A program made the position numbers and the translations under genes. Shown here one piece after another: positions 18,654 to 27,580 of a DNA stretch of 37,172 nt; position 1 is the first letter of the stretch; the number at the start of each line of letters is the position of its first letter. Location of the stretch: positions 1-37,172 of the forward strand of contig JAJZUR010000001.1 of NCBI GenBank assembly GCA_021848375.1, given 5' to 3'. Under the pieces are notes generated by a model. It ran no database searches. It was given only the letters and a program-made list of their open reading frames with translations, and was not told the DNA's origin. This DNA is from Pseudomonadota bacterium. Lineage in GTDB: Bacteria; Pseudomonadota; Gammaproteobacteria; UBA6186; Azoamicaceae.

Positions 18654-19670
18654 TTATTTTAAATGCATCACCATTTCGTATTCATCTGGATTATCCATTG
18701 GTAGAATTTCTGCTTTCGCGTTATAAACTAAAGGATAATTCACTTTGCCATGGCCAAATTTGTCGGTTTTATAAACAGGAATGTTGGATTCTTCCGCAAA
18801 TCTTTCTAATGCAATTGTAACATGTTCGGGATGTGGAGCATTGGTAAATTCGCCAAAGAGAATGGCTTTAACGCCTTTTAGAATACCGGCTTGTTGCAAA
18901 TGGTGGAGCGATCGATCAACTTGATAACCTTTAACGTTAACATCCTCAATAAAGAGGATTTTGCCTGCGGTTTTAATTTGCCAATGGGTACCGAGGCTAT
19001 TTTCGATTAACGTTAAATTGCCGCCCGTTAATCTGCCTGTAATAGTTTTCTCTTTTTGCGCTTCTCTGTTTAAAGGAATGAGGTTGCTAAAGCGTTGAGT
19101 GGTTACGCGCTTAGCGACAATATCGGCAATCCTTAAAAAGTTTTCGGGATCCAGATGGGGATTTAATAGTTCCTTTAACGCAGCACCATGAATCGTTTTC
19201 CAACGCCATTGCTGCGATAAAAATAAATGTAGGGCGGTGTTATCACTAAATCCTATAAAAACCTTTTCTTTTTTAGGAATAGGAAACGTTCGTAATTTAT
19301 CGAGTAATCGAGCGCTGCCATAGCCGCCGCTTAAACACCAGATAATGGTATTGACAGAACGATCATATAATGCGCTTTTTAATTGTTGAAAGCGTTTTTT
19401 ATCGTTTACAGAATGAAAAATAATATCTTGTGCGATGACATTATCTGGAATTTGGATGTTTAATTCTGCAAAGGAGCGCAGCGCTTCAATTTGATCAGGA
19501 TGGATACCGGAAGCAGGAGCCACCATTTTAATGGTTTTGCCTTTAAAGTCGTCGTGAAATTGTTTATCGGCAATGGCAGGATTACGTCCGATCTTTTCGT
19601 GTGGTGTTGTTGCACATCCTGTGATAATCATCAGAACCCCCAAAATTAGTCCTTGTTTATAGTATTGCAT
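18654..19670 (-). CDS. LD-carboxypeptidase (peptidase S66), predicted lipoprotein
   Basis: Nucleophile block FIGFSDNTALH, downstream LFIEDV and FGHG. N-terminus MQYYKQGLILGVLMIITG|C has a lipobox. ATG 19670 avoids overlap with ychF. Confidence 0.75.
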   Translation of the reverse strand: MQYYKQGLILGVLMIITGCATTPHEKIGRNPAIADKQFHDDFKGKTIKMVAPASGIHPDQIEALRSFAELNIQIPDNVIAQDIIFHSVNDKKRFQQLKSALYDRSVNTIIWCLSGGYGSARLLDKLRTFPIPKKEKVFIGFSDNTALHLFLSQQWRWKTIHGAALKELLNPHLDPENFLRIADIVAKRVTTQRFSNLIPLNREAQKEKTITGRLTGGNLTLIENSLGTHWQIKTAGKILFIEDVNVKGYQVDRSLHHLQQAGILKGVKAILFGEFTNAPHPEHVTIALERFAEESNIPVYKTDKFGHGKVNYPLVYNAKAEILPMDNPDEYEMVMHLK

Positions 19671-19686
19671 AAAATCTCTTAAATAT

Positions 19687-20778
19687 CTAAACGTTAAAGC
19701 GAAAATGCATGATATCGCCTTCACGTACGATGTAGTCTTTACCTTCTAATCGCCACTTTCCGGCATCTTTGGCGCCTTGTTCGCCCCGATAGGTAATAAA
19801 ATCTTCATAACTAATCACTTCCGCACGAATAAACCCCTTCTCAAAATCGGTATGAATGACCCCGGCTGCTTCAGGAGCGGTTGCACCAATAGGGATCGTC
19901 CATGCACGCACTTCTTTAACGCCAGCGGTAAAATAAATACCTAACTGCAGTAACTGATGTCCAGCGCGAATGAGGCGATCAAGTCCTGGTTCTGTTAACC
20001 CCAGATCTGTTAGAAATTCTAATTTTTCAGCTGGAGTGAGATCGATTATTTCAGATTCAATGGCAGCGCATACGGGTACCACCACTGCATTTTCTCTCGT
20101 GGCTATTTTTTCAACGATGGTTAAATAAGGATTATCTTTAAAACCTTGTTCATCGACATTGGCAATGTACATCACAGGTTTTGCCGTCAGTAAATGCAAT
20201 GATTTAATAATGTCTTTATCGATGGGATCGACTGTAAAGGTTCTTGCTGGGTTTCCAGCATTGATATGTTCTTTTAACTTTTCAACGAGTTCTTTCTCAT
20301 GGATAGCTGTTTTGTGCCCGCTTCTTGCATTTTTTAGAGCGCGGCTTAAACCGCGTTCAATGGTATCGAGATCGGCTAGCATGAGCTCGGTATTGATAAT
20401 CTCAATATCACCGGCAGGATCAATTTTTCCACCGACATGGATAATATCCGGATTATCAAAACACCTTACCACATGCGCAATGGCATCGGTTTCGCGAATA
20501 GTGGCTAAAAATTGATTGCCTAATCCTTCGCCTTTAGATGCACCTTTTACCAATCCGGCAATATCAACAAATTCCATGGTGGTTGGCAAAACGCGTTCGG
20601 GTTTTACAATAGCCGCCAGCGCATCTAATCTTGGATCCGGTACTAACACGCGGCCGACATTGGGTTCAATAGTGCAAAAGGGATAATTTTGTGCGGCAAT
20701 CCCAGCTTTGGTTAATGCATTAAATAAGGTCGACTTTCCGACATTTGGAAGACCAACAATTCCACAATTAAAGCCCAT
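19687..20778 (-). CDS. ychF: Ribosome-binding ATPase YchF
   Basis: G1 motif [28 protein letters not shown], and the TGS-like C-terminus ...[18 protein letters not shown]. Confidence 0.95.
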   Translation of the reverse strand: MGFNCGIVGLPNVGKSTLFNALTKAGIAAQNYPFCTIEPNVGRVLVPDPRLDALAAIVKPERVLPTTMEFVDIAGLVKGASKGEGLGNQFLATIRETDAIAHVVRCFDNPDIIHVGGKIDPAGDIEIINTELMLADLDTIERGLSRALKNARSGHKTAIHEKELVEKLKEHINAGNPARTFTVDPIDKDIIKSLHLLTAKPVMYIANVDEQGFKDNPYLTIVEKIATRENAVVVPVCAAIESEIIDLTPAEKLEFLTDLGLTEPGLDRLIRAGHQLLQLGIYFTAGVKEVRAWTIPIGATAPEAAGVIHTDFEKGFIRAEVISYEDFITYRGEQGAKDAGKWRLEGKDYIVREGDIMHFRFNV

Positions 20779-21362
20779 TAATATTCCGCCTTTTTGTGAG
20801 ATTCTGTAGATGAACGGTTAATCAATTCTTGCAATTTGGTAATGGCTTCTTGAATGACCATCTTAATTTTTTGTTTGTCTTCTTTCGATGGTTTCGTGAG
20901 GACGTAGTTACTGACATCATCTTTATGTCCGGGATGTCCAATGCCAATCCGAATTCTTTGAAATTCACGGGTGCCAAGGTGGTGTATGATATCTTTCAGT
21001 CCATTATGGCCAGCGTGACCACCCCCAATCTTAAATTGAAAATCCCCGGGGGGGAGATCTAATTCATCATGCGCAATGATAATGGTTTCAGCAGGAATCT
21101 GATAATATTTTGCAATAGCGCCAACTGCGGAGCCGCTGTGGTTCATGTAGGTATTTGGCAGAAATATTTTAAATTCTTTGCCGCTAAAAGACCATTGTGT
21201 TACCCGAGCATGAAATTTGGGTTCTACTTTAAGAGAGAGTCGATATTGTTGACAGAGCGATTCTACCAACCACGCGCCAGCATTATGGCGCGTGTCAGCA
21301 TATTCTGCGCCAGGGTTTCCTAGCCCAACAATGAGTTGAATGCTCTGTCCCTTGAGGGTCAC
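20778..21362 (-). CDS. pth: Peptidyl-tRNA hydrolase
   Basis: [34 protein letters not shown]. Confidence 0.95.
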   Translation of the reverse strand: MTLKGQSIQLIVGLGNPGAEYADTRHNAGAWLVESLCQQYRLSLKVEPKFHARVTQWSFSGKEFKIFLPNTYMNHSGSAVGAIAKYYQIPAETIIIAHDELDLPPGDFQFKIGGGHAGHNGLKDIIHHLGTREFQRIRIGIGHPGHKDDVSNYVLTKPSKEDKQKIKMVIQEAITKLQELINRSSTESHKKAEY

Positions 21363-21364
21363 AA

Positions 21365-22117
21365 TTACTTGCCTTTACTCTTCTCTTTATCGTGATGGGC
21401 AGATTCATCGGGAGCTGTTTCAGAACTTTCTGCTTTAGCAGTAGGGGTTGTACCAGTAGCTTCTTTCCCTTTAGGTAAAACTTCTGTTTCAACGGTTTCT
21501 TCGACAACCACTTCTGGTTCAATTTCAGTGCGCGGCAAATGAATACTGACCACCGCGTGATCATGATCTGGATCCTGTCCATGTGCCAATGCCAGCAATT
21601 CGACACCTTTGGGTATTTTAAGCTGAGTCAAATGGATAGATTCATCCAACTTTAGGTTGGAGACATCAACACTAATGGATTCAGGCAGATCGCCTGGCAG
21701 GCAGCGGATTTCTAGGCTATTCAGCCGATGGCTGATAATGGCGCCATTGATAATCGCTTGGTTTTCCGCTTCGCCAATAAAGTGCAGCGGAACGTGCATG
21801 GTAATGGGATGTTTGGCGCTGATGCGTAAAAAATCCGCATGGAAAATCGCCTTTTTGTAGTGATGGCGTTGCAGATCCTTTAACACTGCCTTTTGCTTTT
21901 TACCCTCAATATTCAAGGTAAGAATATGGGAATAAAAGGCATCATTTTCCAGAGCATGCATCAATTTTTTGTGATCGAGCATGATTGAGATGGGATCTTC
22001 ATCCCCTCCATATAAAATGGCTGGTATTTTGTCTTGCGTACGACGTAGGCGGCGGCTCGCACCTTTCCCCTGGTCGAGGCGCAATTCTGCGTTTAATTCA
22101 AAGCTTTTCGCAGTCAT
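21365..22117 (-). CDS. rplY: 50S ribosomal protein L25 (Ctc/general stress type) with an acidic/Lys-rich C-terminal tail
   Basis: GKGASRRLRRTQDKIPAILYG. ATG at 22117 is preceded by AGGAGA. The upstream part of the 305-aa ORF is rejected. Confidence 0.9.
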   Translation of the reverse strand: MTAKSFELNAELRLDQGKGASRRLRRTQDKIPAILYGGDEDPISIMLDHKKLMHALENDAFYSHILTLNIEGKKQKAVLKDLQRHHYKKAIFHADFLRISAKHPITMHVPLHFIGEAENQAIINGAIISHRLNSLEIRCLPGDLPESISVDVSNLKLDESIHLTQLKIPKGVELLALAHGQDPDHDHAVVSIHLPRTEIEPEVVVEETVETEVLPKGKEATGTTPTAKAESSETAPDESAHHDKEKSKGK

Positions 22118-22201
22118 GTAGCGTCTCCTAAAGGTTGATGGGCATTCCCTTTTCCGCGACCAGAAAAAGGGGAAATATTGGGTTAAAAACCCAGATGCAG
22201 C

Positions 22202-22230
22202 ACTATACCTGAAGATGTGGATAAATGCAA
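22202..22230 (-). promoter_or_regulatory. Candidate rplY-pth-ychF promoter (TTGCAT-17 nt-TATAGT) with a perfect DnaA box in the spacer
   Basis: The minus strand reads ttgcat ttatccacatcttcagg tatagt. TTATCCACA occupies 22216-22224. Confidence 0.35.
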
Positions 22231-22294
22231 TCATATAATTAGTTAACATACTTTTTGTTATCCTGATACCGCAATTTTGCACCCGAATAACAAG

Positions 22295-22324
22295 TTGACA
22301 GACTTAATTTTTCCCCCCTACACT
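22295..22324 (+). promoter_or_regulatory. Candidate promoter TTGACA-18 nt-TACACT upstream of the dacB-like remnant
   Basis: ttgaca at 22295-22300, then tacact at 22319-22324. The spacer contains T5C6. Confidence 0.35.
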
Positions 22325-22357
22325 CCGCTCAATGAAGAGAGAAAGGCGATAACAAAA

Positions 22358-22627
22358 ATGCAAAACACAAATCACAAAACCAGCGGAAATTACCGTCGTT
22401 TTAAGCTTATTACCTTTGTATTCATTTTGAGTATTTTGGTTGTTCTTGCCGGGTATTTTTTACTGCCGATCTCTTTATTTGCGAATAAAACAGCGGATAT
22501 AGAAACGCTTATTCAAAATACCCTGTCAAATTCAAGTATTGGCATGGTGGTTATGGATGCAAAAACGGGTCAACTTCTTTGGTATTACGGCGCGCCTGTC
22601 GCCGCTATCAAGGTAGTTTATTTGTAA
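22358..22627 (+). pseudogene. N-terminal remnant of a PBP4/DacB-like D-Ala-D-Ala carboxypeptidase
   Basis: TM/signal region LITFVFILSILVVLAGYFLL, then SIGMVVMDAKTGQLLWYYGAPVAAIKVV. This resembles the start of the PBP4 mature domain (..v.d..tG..l....PASxxK..). The ORF stops after 89 aa, and no frame continues it. Confidence 0.4.
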
Positions 22628-22673
22628 TAAAAGATTGGTAAGGGAAGAAAATTTAAGAAATTGGGGGTTAAGT

Positions 22674-22850
22674 ATGGAAAACGCTGAAATCGAAGAAGTT
22701 GAAGATGAAATATGGGAACCTTGTATAAAATGTGGTGATAAACGTTTAATGGCATATTGGGATGATGAATTAGAATCTTATATTTATTTCACTGAGGAAG
22801 CTATTTGTACTAAATGTGAAACATTTGTTAAGATTGCAGAAACTGCCTAA
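22674..22850 (+). CDS. Small acidic zinc-ribbon protein (58 aa), function unknown
   Basis: GGGGG SD before the ATG. Two CxxC pairs (CIKCGD ... CTKCE) spaced about 30 aa apart. No recognisable family. Confidence 0.35.
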   Translation: MENAEIEEVEDEIWEPCIKCGDKRLMAYWDDELESYIYFTEEAICTKCETFVKIAETA

Positions 22851-22866
22851 ATATTCATTTCATTTA

Positions 22867-23769
22867 TCAGGATTTTCCGAATGCGATGGTGACCTTAGAA
22901 CGTGGGGGATGTTGCGTTAATTTGCCAACAAAACCACTAATTTCTACTAATGCATTGAGGTCAATTCCCGTTTCAATCCCTAATCCATTTAAGAGATAAA
23001 GCACATCTTCTGTTGCGACATTACCGGCTGCGCCTCTTGCGTAAGGACAACCCCCAAGTCCCGTAATGGAACTATCGATGATCGAAATGCCAAGCTCAAG
23101 ACACGCGTAAATATTGGCTAATGCTTGGCCATAGGTGTCATGAAAATGAATAGCTAAGTGAGATAATGGCACGTATTTTACGACAGTTTTGATGAGTGTT
23201 TGCGCGTGATGAGGCGTTCCGATCCCAATCGTGTCGGCAAGAGAAATTTCAGAACAACCCATTTTAAATAAACGTTTCGCTAGTTTTGCAACAATTTCAG
23301 GCGAAATATATCCTTCATAGGGACAACCAAGACTGCATGAAAGATAACCGCGTACAGGAATTGTTTTGAGGTTTGCTATTGCTAATATCTCTTTTATTCT
23401 TTGAATGCTTTCTTCAATAGAACACTCCGTATTTCTGCTTGAAAACGTTTCAGATGCTGCACACAGTACGGCTACTTCTTTGACACCTGCCTGTAAGGCA
23501 AGTTCTAATCCTTGAACATTCGGGACAATAACAGGAAAACGGATCTTGTTTGATTTTTTAATCCCAGCGAATACTTGAGCGCCATCGGCTAATTGTGGGA
23601 TACGTTTTGGCGAAACAAAGCTCGTTACTTCAATGGTATTAAGTCCCGTTTTTGCTAATCGATCAATCAATTCAATTTTTTGTGCAGTTGGAATGATCAT
23701 TTTTTCATTTTGAAAACCGTCTCGTGGACCGACTTCAACGATACGTACTTGTTTTGGAAATTTTACCAT
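22867..23769 (-). CDS. Hydroxymethylglutaryl-CoA lyase
   Basis: VEVGPRDGFQNE, HFHDTYGQALAN, GLGGCPYA. Confidence 0.88.
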   Translation of the reverse strand: MVKFPKQVRIVEVGPRDGFQNEKMIIPTAQKIELIDRLAKTGLNTIEVTSFVSPKRIPQLADGAQVFAGIKKSNKIRFPVIVPNVQGLELALQAGVKEVAVLCAASETFSSRNTECSIEESIQRIKEILAIANLKTIPVRGYLSCSLGCPYEGYISPEIVAKLAKRLFKMGCSEISLADTIGIGTPHHAQTLIKTVVKYVPLSHLAIHFHDTYGQALANIYACLELGISIIDSSITGLGGCPYARGAAGNVATEDVLYLLNGLGIETGIDLNALVEISGFVGKLTQHPPRSKVTIAFGKS

Positions 23770-23833
23770 ATAGGCCTTCTGTTTCGGATAAATGGTATCA
23801 GGGAAGTATTGTTACGCATCCTCTAAGTGTAAT

Positions 23834-24460
23834 CTATTTTAGGAGTTTTTTAAGATATGGCCAGACGTTTTCTAAAATACGGGGTTGCCCAAGGGCATTG
23901 GGATGCAATTGATCGGCTTGCATCAAAGTCGGATCAAGCGCAATGTCTTTTAATAAAAAAGGGACTGTTATTAAGTGACGCCGCTTCATGATATCCTTAT
24001 AAACATTTTCAAATTGGGTGCGATAAATTGGGCCATAATTGACAGGTATAAGAAGGCCAACTAACAACACTTTTGCATGAGTTTGTTCTGCTAGGGTTAC
24101 CATATTATTCAGGTTCTTTTGAATCAAAGAGACAGGTAGTCCGCGTAGACCATCATTAGCCCCCAATGCTATAATCACTATCTTGGGGCGATAGTGTAAG
24201 AGAGCAGCGGGGAGTTTTTCTAATCCTTGGCTGGTCGTATCTCCGCCCATGCTAATATTGATGACTTGATAGAGAAATCCTTGTTGTTTCAACCGCGCTT
24301 GTAGCAACGTTACCCAACCCTTGTCGGGTTCGATTCCATAAGCGCTGCTGAGGCTATCACCAACGACCAACAGGGTGGGTGGATTTGCGGTTGCCGCAAA
24401 AACCGTGCTGCAAAAAACCGAAAGACAAAGTAACAATAGGAATCGACAAAATATGCTCAT
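23834..24460 (-). CDS. tesA: SGNH/GDSL arylesterase-thioesterase-lysophospholipase (TesA-like), secreted
   Basis: Signal peptide [22 protein letters not shown]. Block I VVGDSLSSAYG, block III GANDGLRG, block V D.LHPN. Confidence 0.82.
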   Translation of the reverse strand: MSIFCRFLLLLCLSVFCSTVFAATANPPTLLVVGDSLSSAYGIEPDKGWVTLLQARLKQQGFLYQVINISMGGDTTSQGLEKLPAALLHYRPKIVIIALGANDGLRGLPVSLIQKNLNNMVTLAEQTHAKVLLVGLLIPVNYGPIYRTQFENVYKDIMKRRHLITVPFLLKDIALDPTLMQADQLHPNALGQPRILENVWPYLKKLLK

Positions 24461-25115
24461 CTGTGCAGAACACCTCACTAAACGGGTAACACTCGGATTA
24501 GAGTCAATCACCATTTTACAAGATGTTTCTCTAAATATCGACCAAGGCGAAAGTGTTGCTATTGTTGGCGTATCGGGTTCGGGAAAATCGACGTTATTAG
24601 GTTTGTTGGCAGGGCTTGATCTGCCGACTACCGGTTGTGTAATTTTTGAGGGTAAGGATTTGAATCAGTTAAATGAAGATAAGCGCGCAAAAATTCGCGC
24701 AAAACAGATAGGATTTGTTTTTCAAAGTTTTCATTTGTTATCGAATTTGACGGCATTGGAAAATGTCATGCTTCCTTTAGAAATCAATAATATGAAACAG
24801 GCTGAACAAAAAGCGAGTATGCTTTTAGAACAAGTGGGGTTAACAGATCGTTTCCATCATTATCCACGACAACTTTCGGGTGGAGAACAACAGCGTGTTG
24901 CGATTGCGAGAGCTTTTGCAACAGAGCCGCGCGTATTATTTGCCGATGAGCCGACTGGAAATCTCGATCAAGCAACCGCCGCCGTCATTATCGATTTATT
25001 ATTTGATTTAAATCAACGTCACCATACTGCTTTAGTGTGTGTTACCCATGATCCCATTTTGGGAGAACGCTGTCAGCGTGTACATCACTTGGCAGGCGGG
25101 CATTTAATAAAATGA
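24453..25115 (+). CDS. ybbA: ABC transporter ATP-binding protein (YbbA-like)
   Basis: [36 protein letters not shown]. Divergent from tesA and followed by ybbP, as in E. coli. Confidence 0.82.
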   Translation: MLICAEHLTKRVTLGLESITILQDVSLNIDQGESVAIVGVSGSGKSTLLGLLAGLDLPTTGCVIFEGKDLNQLNEDKRAKIRAKQIGFVFQSFHLLSNLTALENVMLPLEINNMKQAEQKASMLLEQVGLTDRFHHYPRQLSGGEQQRVAIARAFATEPRVLFADEPTGNLDQATAAVIIDLLFDLNQRHHTALVCVTHDPILGERCQRVHHLAGGHLIK

Positions 25116-27574
25116 GATGGACGTTCTGGAAAAGCGGCGAACTACAATTAATGGCGTTTGCTATTTTTATCTCTGTTCTCTCGATGACTTCTATTGCGTT
25201 TGTGGTTCAAGCTTTACAAACCGGTCTTGAAGATAAGCGCGGCGCATTATTAGGAAGCGATCGTGCCATCATTTCACCCACACCACTGAACCCAGCACTC
25301 TCTGAAAAGGCCAAAAATCTTAATTTGAATGTCACAACGACCGTCAGCTTCTTGAGTATGTTAGTTCATGGCAACGATTTAGCGTTGGCCGATGTGTGCG
25401 CGGTAGAGAAGGGTTACCCCTTGCGCGGGCAATTACGCACCGCTTTGAATGTAAACATGCCGGATGAAATCACGAATGGGATCCCAGCACCCGGAACGTT
25501 GTGGTTAGATGCGCGTCTTTTTGCTTTGCTAAATATAAGCGCGGGAGACAATGTAACATTAGGAACAGCCAACTTTAAAGCGACACGCGTATTAACCAGC
25601 GAGCCGGATAGAACGGCAGAAGGCGTCAGTCTTGGGCCATGGGCATTGATGAATGAAGCCGATCTGTTGAAAACCGGCATTATTCAACCAGGGAGTAAAG
25701 TTACTTATAAATTATTAATCGCGGGCAGTGAAGATAAATTAAATCAATGGGAACCTTGGGTAAAATCACAATTATTACCAAGTCAGCAGTGGATGGATAC
25801 GCGTCACAGCCGCCCAATCGTTAATTTGGTGGTTGATCGGGTGAATCATTATTTAGGTTTGGTTTTTTTAATCAATATGAGTCTAGCAGGTATTGCCATT
25901 GCCATGGCTTTAAGACAATTTACACAAAGACAGTGGGATACAGTGGCCATATTACGTTGTTTTGGCGCGAGCGGATCGTGGATCTTATGGCACTATGGTT
26001 CTAGCTTGGTACTGCTCGGTCTCTTATTTGGCGGGCTTGGAATCTTAGCCGGTTATGGAGTTCAGGCCTATCTCATCCAAGCTTTTTTTAAAGATTGGTT
26101 GACCGTTGCAACGGGTCAAGCACTCGTTTTCCCATTACTGATTGGGCTTTTGACGGCATTGATTTTATTATTCGGGTTTGCGCTACCCCCTATTTTTGGT
26201 TTGCGCCAGATCTCACCGTTACGGGTTTTGCGCCGTGATATGCCAGCACCGGTATTGAATCAATACATCTCTTTTAGTATGGCAATTGCTGCCATTGTAG
26301 GCTTAATCATACTACAAACGCGCGATGTGGATTTGATGGGCCCGCTGATTGTATTAACGCTCATCGGATGTATGGTCATGTGGGGCGTTATTTATATTAT
26401 ATTGTGCGGGGTTTCACGGTCTGCGGGATTTTTTAGGGTTGCCTTCGCACTGAATCTGCGTAATATCGGACGCCGTGCAAAAGATAACACGTTGGCCGTT
26501 TTATCTTTTTCCCTAGTCTTGGGGTTATTGGCCAGCTTGTACTTGGTAAAAGGAGACTTATTAAAAACTTGGCAGGATGAGGTGCCTTTAGATGCGCCAA
26601 ATTATTTTGTATTAAACCTACCACCTTCGCAAATAACGGCTTTTCAAAAACTGCTACAGAATAATAAGATTGAAAGTTCCGTTTTGTATCCGATGATGGT
26701 CAGCCGCTTAATGGCGGTGAATAATGATCCCGTTGAAATGGTGAATGATCCTTTATCGCAAAAAAGAACTTTTAACCGTCTCTTAAATATTACCTGGACA
26801 GGGCAATTACCTCCGGATAATCAAATGTTGGTAGGGCAGTGGTTTACGGAAAAAAACCAGGGTGAGTTAGTGGTTTCAATTGAACAGGGGTTTGCCGATC
26901 GTTTAAAGATCAAAGAGGGGGATACGCTGACTTTACAGATAGATGAAAAAGTATTAACGCCTAGGATCATCAGTATTCGCAAGGTCAACTGGAATTCTTT
27001 TCATCCGAATTTTTTTGTGATCTTCCCGCCCGGGGTGATTGATAAACTGCCAAACATTTACATGACAAGCTTTTATTTAGCCAAGTCTGAAATAAATTTT
27101 TTAAAAATCTTAGTGCAGAATTTTCCGATGGTGAATATCATTGACATTCAAACGCTCATCTCTCAATTGCGATTTTTTATCCATGTCGTTGCCGACGCCA
27201 TACAATATTTGTGGCTTTTCACCATTTTGATCAGTTTCATTTTGCTTTTTGCAACCATTGCCGCCACCTTAACTCAACGCAAAGAAGAAGCGATTTTATT
27301 ACGCGCTTTAGGGGTTGGAAATCGACAATTGTTACAGATATTATTATCTGAATTTGCAGTATTAGGGTTTATTGCTGGCGCGATTGGGATCTGCAGTGCT
27401 AACATATTATTGTATTGGTTTGCGCCTAAATTTTTTAATTTACCATATCGTTTAGACAGTACGTTATTAGTGTTAATACCGCTTTTGGGGATGTTTTTGG
27501 TGGGACTTGGCGGCTGGCTAGGTACGAGACAGGTTTTTTTAACGCCGCCCTTGCATTTATTAAGAGAAGGTTAA
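25112..27574 (+). CDS. ybbP: FtsX-family ABC permease (YbbP-like), 820 aa
   Basis: Two FtsX-type 4-TM modules separated by large periplasmic domains. ATGA overlap with the ybbA stop. Confidence 0.8.
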   Translation: MRWTFWKSGELQLMAFAIFISVLSMTSIAFVVQALQTGLEDKRGALLGSDRAIISPTPLNPALSEKAKNLNLNVTTTVSFLSMLVHGNDLALADVCAVEKGYPLRGQLRTALNVNMPDEITNGIPAPGTLWLDARLFALLNISAGDNVTLGTANFKATRVLTSEPDRTAEGVSLGPWALMNEADLLKTGIIQPGSKVTYKLLIAGSEDKLNQWEPWVKSQLLPSQQWMDTRHSRPIVNLVVDRVNHYLGLVFLINMSLAGIAIAMALRQFTQRQWDTVAILRCFGASGSWILWHYGSSLVLLGLLFGGLGILAGYGVQAYLIQAFFKDWLTVATGQALVFPLLIGLLTALILLFGFALPPIFGLRQISPLRVLRRDMPAPVLNQYISFSMAIAAIVGLIILQTRDVDLMGPLIVLTLIGCMVMWGVIYIILCGVSRSAGFFRVAFALNLRNIGRRAKDNTLAVLSFSLVLGLLASLYLVKGDLLKTWQDEVPLDAPNYFVLNLPPSQITAFQKLLQNNKIESSVLYPMMVSRLMAVNNDPVEMVNDPLSQKRTFNRLLNITWTGQLPPDNQMLVGQWFTEKNQGELVVSIEQGFADRLKIKEGDTLTLQIDEKVLTPRIISIRKVNWNSFHPNFFVIFPPGVIDKLPNIYMTSFYLAKSEINFLKILVQNFPMVNIIDIQTLISQLRFFIHVVADAIQYLWLFTILISFILLFATIAATLTQRKEEAILLRALGVGNRQLLQILLSEFAVLGFIAGAIGICSANILLYWFAPKFFNLPYRLDSTLLVLIPLLGMFLVGLGGWLGTRQVFLTPPLHLLREG

Positions 27575-27580
27575 TAGTCA

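Noticed and set aside
21365-21530. The ~55-aa acidic/Lys-rich low-complexity C-terminal tail on L25, considered as a novel fusion.
   Set aside because: Ctc-type L25 proteins commonly carry variable low-complexity C-terminal tails, and no separate domain signature is visible.
22589-22596. GGCGCGCC (an AscI site) at the dacB-remnant breakpoint, considered as a sign of engineering.
   Set aside because: It is a single 8-mer with no flanking vector-, cassette- or scar-like sequence. Chance occurrence or a natural recombination junction is sufficient to explain it.
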